Part shown: in pieces, positions 1 through 10,565 of the stretch
Position numbering within the stretch: the first letter of the stretch is position 1
Layout of the letters: each line of letters starts with the position of its first letter
Program-made: the position numbers and the translations under genes
Notes under the pieces: generated by a model
What the model was told of the DNA's origin: nothing
Database searches by the model: none
What the model saw: the letters and a program-made list of their open reading frames with translations, nothing else
Origin: Rhizodiscina lignyota
Taxonomy: Eukaryota
Assembly (NCBI GenBank): GCA_010015805.1
Contig: ML978131.1
Coordinates: 744,001 to 808,000 of the forward strand
Direction: 5' to 3'
Length of the DNA stretch: 64,000 nt

Positions 1-1009
1 TCGGGGACGTTCCTGCCTATTTATTGTCAGAAATGAAGGTCACTATTAGGAGAGTGAACGTGCCTTGCATGCCGGTCTGGACGTTGGCGCCAGTAGGCAA
101 TCCTGGCAGGGTTGCTGGTGACATGCGAGTGAACAACTCGAAGATGTCTATATCTATTTGTTGTTAGGATTGAGCAACACGCGATTGGGATTGCCTTCAA
201 GCTTGCCTTCGGTGTTGATGTTGAGGTTACCAGTAAGGACCGCTAGCTGTCCTTCCGTTGCGGTGTTGGCAGTCATCTCTCCGTGCATGGTGAAGTCTAC
301 ATTTACTGTCAGAAAGGAGTGACAACCTGTCGAGATTCAGAAACTTACCTTGCGTCCAGTCGAGGTTGGTATTGACGTCAGGATGCATCAGTGTCTGCTC
401 TTCCACTGGCGTTTGCAAGCTCATATCCTTGGCCATCTTGTTGTCTGTTTATGGTTAGCGATGAGAACCACGCGTCTAGAGCCATGAACTTACCTTGCAT
501 ACCAATCTCGTCCTTCTCAACATCAGGTACTGCCATCTGCTCTTCCTCTGGTGCATCGACGATCATCTCTTCGCCCATATCGTTGCCTTTTTTATTGTTA
601 GAAATGACAAACACGCGCCTAAACAACTCAAACTACCTTGCATGTCGCCCTGGAAGTCGACGCCGCCGCCAGTAGGCATTGCTGGTTGTGCTTCCGATGA
701 GGCTTCCGCGGTCATCTCCTCGTTCATGTTGGTGGGGTGGTTGTATTGGGCTATTTATCATCAGAACGAAAAACACGCGTCAAGAGTGGTGAACTTGCCT
801 GAAGCCTCATCTATAAGTGCGACAGTGGCGTCCCAGTCGAAGTCCTCAATCACATCCATGATCTCTTCATATGTCGAACCGCCTGGTTCGTTGCGATCAA
901 TGGGCCCAAAGACAGGATGATCGTACCAGTTTGGTCCTTTCCAATTGTCCATGCCCGCCGCTGCTTGAGGATTCGAGAACCACGCCGGTTTCGGTGGAGG
1001 CTCCGCCAT
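1..1009 (-). CDS. Hypothetical acidic repeat protein encoded by an array of short symmetric exons; 3' end runs off the left edge of the window
   Basis: ATG at 1009. Exons are 1009-799, 750-637, 586-494, 444-349, 296-207, 153-64 and 16-<1. Six introns of 47-53 nt each have a branch point and AG acceptor. All junctions are phase 1, and the spliced frame stays open and gives ~30-aa related repeats. Confidence 0.8.
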
Positions 1010-1627
1010 GGCTTCTGATTGTTACAGACGACGTTGAAATCAAATGTCAAAGAGTGGGCGTATTTGTTGTAAATGAGTTGGAGTGTGAGAAGAGAGGTTG
1101 TTGTTATTTTTGGGTTGTTTGTGCTGTTGAGAACGCGGGAAATGAAGTGCTTGTCAAGGTGGTGTTATGACAACAGTGGCGCGTCGTTGCTTCACCAGAG
1201 CTCGTTCACACAGTCCAGCAGGGTAACAAAGGAAGGGTTAGTCACAGGTTAACACCTCTGTGAAATGATACTAGAGGTTGTGCCGAACTTCATGTCGAAA
1301 ACACGCCCGGCCACTGGCGAAAGCATTTCACAAAGTACACTTGAAAGCGAACTGGCAATTTGCCAGCGCGCATTCATCTTCAACTTCCCCCTCTCGTGCT
1401 TTTTCTTCAAATGCTTGGGCATAATTCGAGGCCCTAATGAGTCAATTGTCTTTGAAGCCATCTCCTCATTGTTCCTTTCCAAGTGAATTTCGACCAGTCG
1501 ATGGTGTTTCGGTCTGCCCATAAGTCAACGTCCACATTCACTTCAATAAGCACCAACGCGCCAGAGAGGAAATCTCACGTATTAGGTAGGACAGAAGCAG
1601 TTCTTACACATAACACCCAACGTCCCG

Positions 1628-2060
1628 TCATATCGGTATCGAATTGCTCACAGCATTGCCAGTGTCCGCCGGTGCCCCCAACAGCCTGTGCAATTTTGTT
1701 AGCCTTGTAGTTTACATCCAGCTGCATCACTAAACGACATACTTCTTTCCAGTCTCTGTAGCACAGCAGCCACAAAAGATGGAAGCGGGCCAGCAAAACA
1801 CCTTGAGATATCAGTGAGAGTGAAGTGTGGAGAGAAAATTACTGGGGTCATACCGCCATGACGACCGTAGTAGCGAAGCCCAGTGTCGGACCAACCACCT
1901 TGTGAGAGCATGTTAGCTTCCTATCATATAAACCATCACTTCCCACGGAGAGATTCCTTCCTCAATCAACTCCTTAACAATCAGGACGCACCTTGCAGTG
2001 GCACGGATTCTGATCGGTCCCACACTGGAAGCAGATGATGGGAAGAGGGATGCAATCCAT
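1628..2060 (-). CDS. 76-aa Cys-rich small membrane protein (4 exons)
   Basis: Exons are 2060-1992, 1898-1854, 1801-1743 and 1685-1628, separated by canonical GT..CTAAC/CTGAT..AG introns. Spliced product: MDCIPLPIICFQCGTDQNPCHCKVVGPTLGFATTVVMAVFCWPASIFCGCCATETGKKLLGAPADTGNAVSNSIPI*. Confidence 0.8.
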
Positions 2061-3410
2061 ATTTGGATATCAAGAGTATTGATGTCGTTCAAGAGTTGCT
2101 GATGTAAGGAAGCTGAGTCAAATGCGGCTCAAGGTGGAGAGTACGGAACAGGAAATGTCGTAATTGGCCTTCTACACCTAGGACCGAGGCTCGAGTAATC
2201 TTCCAGGAGATGATATTTGAGAAAGGCAACGAAGGATCAAGACAAAGAAGCTATGAAAGCAGCTAGGACGTGTTCATTGTTGAACTCATGACGTCGACGG
2301 TAAGATATGGAAGCTTTAGCGCGCGGTCGTCGCTGCAGAATCCACAGCGCATATCCACGTGCGACGTCCATTCTCACCTCATGTTCCACATTCTGTCACT
2401 CTATCATCGCTTTCCATTGCGAAAAGCCTGAAATCTTCAAAAGACTGCTTCAGCAACAGCTATGCTCCCTTTAAGGGAGTTGCTGAATCCGTCTGACTCG
2501 CGTCAGGAGGTTGGCACTTCTCGGCAGCCACCCGCCTCGGACCACACAAAGCCATTGCCCCTGGGACCGATCACAATTTCGACCACGCGATCCCACGATC
2601 CCCCCGAAATGCAGTCAGCACCTTCTTCTATCTTCCGCTCGCTTTATACGAAAGCTATCAACCACTCAGAACCTTAATTCGGAATCTTCTCGGGAATATC
2701 GATCGAATATTGCAAATCGTCATTGAATATTTGAAAGCCCATAGCGAACAGCGAGGAGGATCGGCGGGCGCCAGCAGCTGCTTGAGCATTGTCCCTCCCG
2801 CATGCCACTTCGCCACAGATTACTGAACATATGCCAGAGCTGAAGACATGCCGAGGAGCCTCCACTTTGATGGCGCAAAATTCCTTTGCAAATTACAGCT
2901 TATTCCATTCCTGGACTTTTAGATAGTCAACTTATTCAGGCCGCAGTAATGTAAACAAGTACCTCGGCGGTCTACTGCCCGCAGCGCAATGCTAGGTGGC
3001 GTTTTTAACTGGATATACGCCTGCCATGGACGCACTCAGAGCGGCAAGAGGCTTGGGCCAGAAGTGGATGGAGCTCCTACGCCCTTTGATACAAGGCTCG
3101 ATGCCGGCATCCGAAAGGAACGAGTGGTGCAATTGTTAAAATGTTTAATGTTTACTCAGTGTCTTCGGCGACTTGAACACGCTACCCCCTTGCCCCATGA
3201 ATATGCAATTCCCACCGAACGACCGAACAGAATAAGTGATTGTTCATACGGACGCGAGAGTGGAACCTTCTTTCAATCATGTCATAGTGGAAGTGGATGA
3301 GCCGATGATAGTGATATAAGAATTGGTTTGACCAAACGTTTTCTTTTCAAGCATTGCAAGGTATCCGACCATCGCCCACCATCAGAAGTCCCATTCCGCG
3401 GAACTCAAGA

Positions 3411-5304
3411 ATGGCAGCCATGCCACCCGCAGAGGGAGCAGCGGAGATCGCTACCCCTATAGATGGTGGCGACTTTCCAACTGAATTACGAGAGGAAGCT
3501 GAGAAGGACTACGAGAAGAACATGAACGACAGCGACGCTGATGAAGATTCAATCCAAGAACCAGAGCGCGTACATACGAAACATGATCATTCCGATCTCG
3601 AGAAACTCTCGACACATCACGATGTGGAAGCAGAAGCAGCCCACCCTGCAACGAGAGCAGTTACGGCACAAGACTGGACAGGACCAGACGATCCAGAGAA
3701 TCCTTTCAACTGGCCGATGTCGAAAAGGGTGTATTCTACAGCCATTCCTGGCCTCTTCGCATTTGTTGTGTGAGTAGTACCTCTTTTCCTACATTCCCTT
3801 CTCATCGCGATCCTCAAGCTAATCACCATCGCAGCACTTTCGGCTCCTCTGTCTACACACCAGCTATACCAGAGGTTATGCAGCAATTCCATGTTTCTCA
3901 AGAAGCTGCTGTGTTAGGTCTCTGTCTCTGGACGCTTGGTCTCGCCTGTGGACCCATGATCGCAGCCCCAATTAGCGAATCTTACGGCCGCTTGATCGTA
4001 TACAGAGTGTCTCTTCCTCTCTCGATGTTGTTCACACTGGGAGCTGGGTTCTCCAAAACGTTCGGAACACTCCTAACAATGCGACTTCTCGCTGGCATAA
4101 CTGGCAGTCCGGTCCTATCTGTCGGAGCGGGAACGAACGCAGATTTGTTTCCACCTCGGATAAGAGCGTACTCTACAACCTCTTTCCTTGTGGCGCCATT
4201 CCTTGGTCCTGCACTTGGGTAGGTCAAATATCTGTACTGCAAGCCACAAAAGCTAACGTTGGTCCATAGACCCGTCGTGGGTGGCTTTGCCGCGCAATTC
4301 AAAGGATGGCGTTGGACGCAGTGGTGCATTCTGTTCATCGGCGCAGCGGTGTATCTGATTTCCCTTCCTATGAAAGAGACATACAAGAAGGCCATCCTCG
4401 AGAAACGCGCCAAACGACTCGGCATTCAACCTCCTAAAGGCCCTGTTCCGCCTGGTCTCGCACGCATAAAGTTCATGATGACGGTAACCTTGCTGCGACC
4501 CTGCCATATGTTGGTAACGGAGCCCATAGTCACCTTTTTCAGCCTTTACAGCGCGTTCACATTCGCTCTTCTCTTCACCTTCTTCGCAGCGTTTCCGCTC
4601 GTCTTTCGCGAGGTGTACGGCTTCAACACCTATCAGAACGGCTTGGTTTTCCTCGCTATTGGCCTCGGTGTTGTTCTCGCGGCAGCGTCATGTATCTGGT
4701 TCGACGTGATATTCTACCAAGAACAACATCGTAAGGCCGTTGCCGGGGGACGGATCCACGTTGCTCCAGAACATCGACTATATGGTGCCATGGCCGGAGC
4801 TTTTGGTATCACAATTGGTATATTCTGGTTTGCGTGGACGGCACGGAAAGGTGTGCACTGGATTGTTCCGATTCTAGCGACCGTTCCCTTCGCATGGGGG
4901 AATCTGTGCATCTTCGTAAGTTGCCTCAGATGCTTGACCTGTGGGGAGTCCAACTGACGTTGTAAAACAGACATGTACAGCACTGTTCCTAGTTGATGTA
5001 TATGGACCTTTGAATGGGGCCTCCGCCCTGGCCGCGAATGGCTTGGCACGGTACGGATTGAGTGCGGTATTCCCACTCTTTACGGTTCAGAGTGAGTTTA
5101 TATACCCGTCAAGACTGCTCGCTACAGTCGTCTGCGTCGGTACGGTCGCTAACCTCGCTTCCAGTGTACAATACTCTTGGCATCGCTTGGGCAACCAGCC
5201 TTTTGGGATTCTTGTCCTTGTTGATGCTTCCCATCCCATGGTTCTTCTTCAAGTTCGGACCCAAGTATCGGGCCAAGAGCTCGTATGAAACTATCAAAGC
5301 ATAG
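3411..5304 (+). CDS. MFS drug:H+ antiporter, DHA1 family (Tpo1/Flr1-like)
   Basis: Motifs include WTGPDDPENPFNWP, APISESYGR, GP(V)VGGF, WRW, MKETY and PEHRL. Introns at about 3770-3834, 4219-4269, 4916-4970 and 5092-5164 join the ORF fragments. Confidence 0.92.
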
Positions 5305-5523
5305 TTCGGGATGCTGCTAGTCGATATATAGCATCATTTAGCTCGGAGTTCAACGTTTGGTTCAACGTCTCTGGAAACTGTTAGTATACCAATGCAGCAT
5401 TCAACTGTTTAGATATCTTAGAATTAAAGGAGAGGACATGGGACAAAGGAGGACATCGTCGAATTGCAAACGGCTTACATCTTTATAATTTGGAATGCAC
5501 TCTCACTTCCAAAACGGTGGAAG

Positions 5524-6394
5524 TCATCCACGCAACTCCATCTCAATGTTTCTCACCTCGCCGGCTAATACCTGCACGTCTTCTTGCTTCATCTCGTCGG
5601 CGCTCTGCTGCAGATCCCCAATCACGTCCTCCAGAGAAGAAAGTAGATGTAGCATTTCCGCTCGCTGTCGCTCAATGTCCTGCAACAAGGTCACATTCGA
5701 CACTTGTAACTCCTGCAGCTGCGCAGAAAACGCGTCGTGCTGGGCGTTGAGGAATGGCGCCATGTGAGAGGACACCAGAGCCGACGGTGGAAGAGTGTGC
5801 GGCGCAATGGGAACTTCGACGGCCTTGCCTTGAGCCTCGGCTTTGGCTTCAGCGGCTTCTTTGCGCATTCTCGCTTCTTCGATGAGGCGATGTAGGTCGT
5901 TGAGCGACGGGATTACGGATCGGTCGGACAGAAGCTGCTCAAAGTTTTCCTGATAGAGAAGAACGTCAGTCATTCCTGTTCGAGCCTTCCGTCCCAAACT
6001 GCAGAATATGGCAGGATATGGCTATAGTTGCGATTGGCCCATCCCACAATATCTCACAGCCACATTCGCGGTAGTAGCGGACATCGTATGCGCGTCTCAT
6101 CTATAATGGAAGTTCCAAACATACTTTGCAGAATCCCTCCAATCGCCCCACAAACTCCTTATGGAACTGGTGCAGCGTCTCTCCGCGGTTCTGGGCCGGC
6201 GTGGGGAAGCACGCTGCAAAGTTGTCGTAATTGCATCTCCGCAACGTCGTGTCCAGCGCCTTCTCGAACGCGTTGATCAATGCCTGCGCGCGTGGCCCTG
6301 GAGCGTCGGGGATGGGCGGGGCAGGAAGAGAGGGGGAGGGCGAGCGCGCATGACTCTCTTGCGCGCTGTCGGGCTGCGCGGTGATAGAGGGCAT
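5524..6394 (-). CDS. NNF1: MIND/Mis12 kinetochore complex subunit Nnf1
   Basis: Exons 6394-6125 and 5949-5524 give about 231 aa. Motifs NFAACFP, ENFEQLL..RSVIPSLNDLHRLIEEAR and PHTLPP, followed by a coiled coil, match fungal Nnf1. Confidence 0.85.
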
Positions 6395-7744
6395 GGTGGT
6401 TACGAGGATGTAATGCTGAGCGATGCCTGAGGGTACATATAACAGGACGGGAGGTTGAGATAGAGTTTGGAGTGAGGTAGAACGAGGAACATTGAAGTCT
6501 GACTTGCTGACTCGCACCAGTCGCGACTATTGTTTACTTTCCAAATGCCTGCCTTGCTGCACGTGTAGCGCGCTTTATCGGGAAGTTGTTACGCTGTTGG
6601 CCTTGGCACGCTAGTGGCTTTAAATACGATTCTCTCATATACTTTAAGCCAACAATCTTAGCAATCTTACAATACACTCTGGCACCCCTCAAAGATCCGC
6701 ATCAACGCTAGCCCACGCCATCACGTGTTTGCCTAGTCCCGAGGCCGAGGTCGCTCTCACGTGGCAACGCTTGAACACCACGATTTATCGAGGCGCGTGT
6801 GAATGCTCGTGAGAGCGAGGGCCGGGGCAGAATTCCCTCTGGCCTGCGAGCTACTGTACGGCCGCCGGAGGAGTTAAGACCCACGGCCATTCACATGGAC
6901 GCCCAAAGCCTTGGTACACCAAACTTTAATTCCACGTCTCTCTTACTCGCCGGGGTGGCCGCGAGCGGCGACGGCCCTGCATGCCAGATGCGTCATTATT
7001 GTTTACCACTTTCGGCCGCTGCCTCGCCTGACAGCCCGCGATGGCGAGCCATGCAAGGTACCGGTGGCATGACCCACATCGCTGTGGCTATCGACTGTTC
7101 CGAGATCCTGGAGTGCATGAAGGAGGCGAAAGGAGTTAGGACGACGTTTGATAGGGGCAAACCTGTGCAGGAAGGCAATGTACCTCCCTAGCATTCCTAT
7201 AGGCCCGGCGGACACGAGGTAACTATCACGACAAATACATTGGATACCAGGTTGGACCGTATTGATTCCTTTTTACGACCTGACGTCGGGGCTGAGAGGA
7301 GACTATCGGCATGTTCACGAGATGGCAGACCTGTTTCCTAACACGGGCATTCTACTGCCCGATTCGACCCATTGCGAATTTCGGAAGTTGGCGGCTCTCT
7401 GTGTGGAGAGTCTTATTCGTATGCATTATTGCTAATGCCCCCGATTCTGCCTCTCTGCCCTTACTAAACAAAGTCGCTCTGGTATAGTACTGGTGGAAAC
7501 ACAAGAAAACACGCGAGACAGCGGAGAGGCAAGCGACGTCATGGACGTTACACATCCAAGACACAATTTCCCTTCCAACAACAATTTGATGCCTCGGGCG
7601 AAGAGGGGTGGGTGATCCAAAGTCTAAGCCGAACTGTGTACTTCCATGCAGGGAAATGGTCACCCACCCAAACTAGGAAATACTCCGAACGCCATGCATA
7701 CGTTTTCGCGAACATCCCAAAGATATCGCTTCCCTCTTTTGTGT

Positions 7745-10253
7745 TCAAGCGCCCAACGCCCTGTCCATGCTTTCTTGCATTCTCTGTCCAGAAGCCGTGA
7801 CAGCTAGGAGAGCTTCTTGCATCGATGCGTTCTCCTCCCTCATGGTTCGAATTACCCCTTCAAGAGCCTGTGTACGCGAGCGCAGCCGCCTTACTTCGGC
7901 GCGGAGGGCCGGTATAGGATTAGGAGAACGTCTTGTAGGAGTTGTTGTAGCAGTTGCCGGTGCTTTAGATGCTACACCCGACGTTGCGGATGCGGATGCG
8001 GCTTCGGGTTCTGCGGCTGGCTGGCTTTCAGGTCTGGCTGTCGTTGATTCTGATCCCCATTCCGGTGCAGATGATTCTCCTATCCGTCCACCAGCGCTCT
8101 CACCAAGAGACGTCTCGAGTTCCCCCAGTGCGGTTTCAGCCAGCGCAGCTTCCACATCACCTTCTCCTATTTCCATCTCCCCTTCACCTTCTGGTAGTCC
8201 GAGCTCCAAGGTTCTCACCCGATCCATTAGCTCCCTTCGCTCATCTTCCCACCTCTTCCGCTCATCTGCGCCCTGTGCTTGTAAACGGCTTGCCATTTCG
8301 ACGATCCTAACATACTGCCTCCCTGACTCAGCCATCTCACGTCTCGCGTCATCCCGGCCCCTTGTCAGCTCGTCCGCCTGACTCTCCAATGCTGCGACCT
8401 GTGCTTGCAACCTTTCACGCTCCTCCGTCAGAGAGTTGATCTCAACGTCCGAGACTTCAAACTTCTTTTCCAACGTGATGCATTTGGTGCGCTGGCGTTC
8501 CAATTTGGCCAGGAGCGCGTCATATTCGCGTTGCAGGGTTTGAAGTGCCAAAGTCTTTACGCTAACTTGATGCTGCAGGTCCTGGAGATGTTGGACATGG
8601 GCGGGAGACGAAACCTGCGGCTGCTGTAGTGGTGAAGCGCCTGGTCCTCCGACGGCCAGCTGCGGAGGTGCCGAAGGCTGTGGTAATGGGGGGAAAGTGA
8701 GTGCTGATGGTGAAGGCAGAAACGGCCGCCCTGGCGGTCCTACTCCTTGAGGCGGAGGATACTGCGGCGCTTGCATTGGAGAATGCTGAGACGGATGGAA
8801 AACAGACCCGGACGAGCTCACCGTTCGATGTGGTGAATGAGAGACTGGCGGCTGCTCGCCCGGCTGGACGTATGGATTTCTCCACGACTCCTCAGGCATC
8901 CCAGGGGAGAATGATGGTGCCTGGCGCGACGGACCAGCCAAAGGCGCGGGCGAATAGACTGTTCCTGGTGCTGGTGCGGGTTGGAGAGGCGGAGCCGCGC
9001 GCCGAGATGGAATCGTACCCTCTTTATCTGACTGTGAGCGGCGGCGCTTCATCGCTTCCGAGTCTTCTGCGGCTGTCGTGGCCGGGTCAGCGTCGCCTTC
9101 CAGTGGCGGCGGCAAAGCACCGCTTTGCTGCGCGATCTGCGGCTCCTTGTCCTGAAGAGCCTGATCTGAGTTGCGAACGAGAGACCTGATGCCAGCGTTG
9201 TTCCATCGCAAGCGCTCAATAACCCATTCGAGCGTGGCAGTGAGGCCAGCTTGCTCCACGTCTGGGGCCTGAATACGTCGCCGCTCATCAGTAATCGTGG
9301 TTTATACGGAAAGGACAGTGCTCAGAAGTATAAATATCGCGGTTGAAAACGAGAGGCGATGGAGCTATTATTGCAGAAGAGAGAGACATGGCACGAAGTA
9401 GAAACGAGAGGCCAAGGCAAGGCAATAGCTTGACGAATCAAGGGCGAAACAAGGCATGATGGACGCTTACCACTCGAGGCGATTGGACCGAGCCACTGAT
9501 GGCACCTTGCAGGCGCAGGTCAAGCTCACTAAATTCCGAGGTGAGGTCCGCCACGAGAGCGCGGACAGTACTGCACCGCTTGCCAGTGCAACGAGGGGTG
9601 CAGCAGTTAGTCAGAGGGCCTGGCAGCCGGTACAGGTCTTGCGAGGGTCTCCTGCTGTCTACGGGGCGAGTGACTTCGGTGACTGTGGCGGGCCGTGTCG
9701 CGTGACCGCCATAGCCGATGTATTTGTCTGGCAGTACTTGAGGTACTGCTACTGGCACTACATTAAGGCCGAGAAATTTGATTAGTAACTTGGCATGAAG
9801 CACGGATACCTGATATGTTGGAGGGTACTAACGCTGACTTGATTGGGGCGTTGGTGCGTCGTGAGATGGGGATGAGTAAGCATGGGTTGGGTAGCTTTCT
9901 GGCTCGGCGCCGCGCATCCGCTTGCGTTTGTTGCTGCTCGCCGAGGCCTCATACTGCCACGCAATATTGGGCGACGTAATTTCGTGAGCGCTGCTGTTGA
10001 GAGAAGGGCGGCGTGAGGAAGATGGAGGTGGCTGGACGGCCTCTGCTGAGGCATCAAGGCTCGCATGAAGCGGCGGGAGCCGTCGTGCATGACTTGGGGG
10101 AGGTCCACTGCCGGCTGTATTGAACGGCGATGTAGCGTATAACGGCGTCGTGATCTGCTGGTTGGAGGTGACGGAGACCAGGCTAGGTGATGACTGATGC
10201 TCTTCAGCAGGACGTTCTTCCCAGGGTCGACGCCATTGTGGCTCTGTCGCCAT
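7745..10253 (-). CDS. Hypothetical Pro/Ser-rich protein with C-terminal coiled coil (3 exons)
   Basis: Starts MATEPQWRRPWEE at 10253. A middle exon (about 9760-9475) carries a CCxxxCxxxxC cluster. The long last exon has heptads (LQDLQHQVSVKTLALQTLQREYD...). Intron boundaries are approximate. Confidence 0.75.
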
Positions 10254-10513
10254 GAACGTCACGCACGACACGAAGGATGAGCCAAAACCATTCCCAACGC
10301 GCCATGCGTGCTCCAGGTCGGCGTTAGCTCGTGGATGTTTTGCAAATTCCAAGGGGCGTTGCGCGGTACATATGCTTGGAGAAATCTTGACGTCCAGCCT
10401 GGCGGCGGCGGAGCGCAGGTGACTGCGACCGGGTGCAGGAGTGCGGCGCCTGTGACTTTAAGACTGGGGGCGTTGGGGAGGGTTAGCTGGGATGGTGAAG
10501 GGGGAACAGGAGT

Positions 10514-10565
10514 AGCAGCAGTGGTAAGGTAGCAGTAGCGGAGCAGCAGCAGCAGCAGCAGCAGA
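10514..10565. repeat. (GCA/CTG)n microsatellite upstream of the 7745-10253 gene (probable 5' leader)
   Basis: About 7 perfect GCA units with degenerate flanks. Confidence 0.8.
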
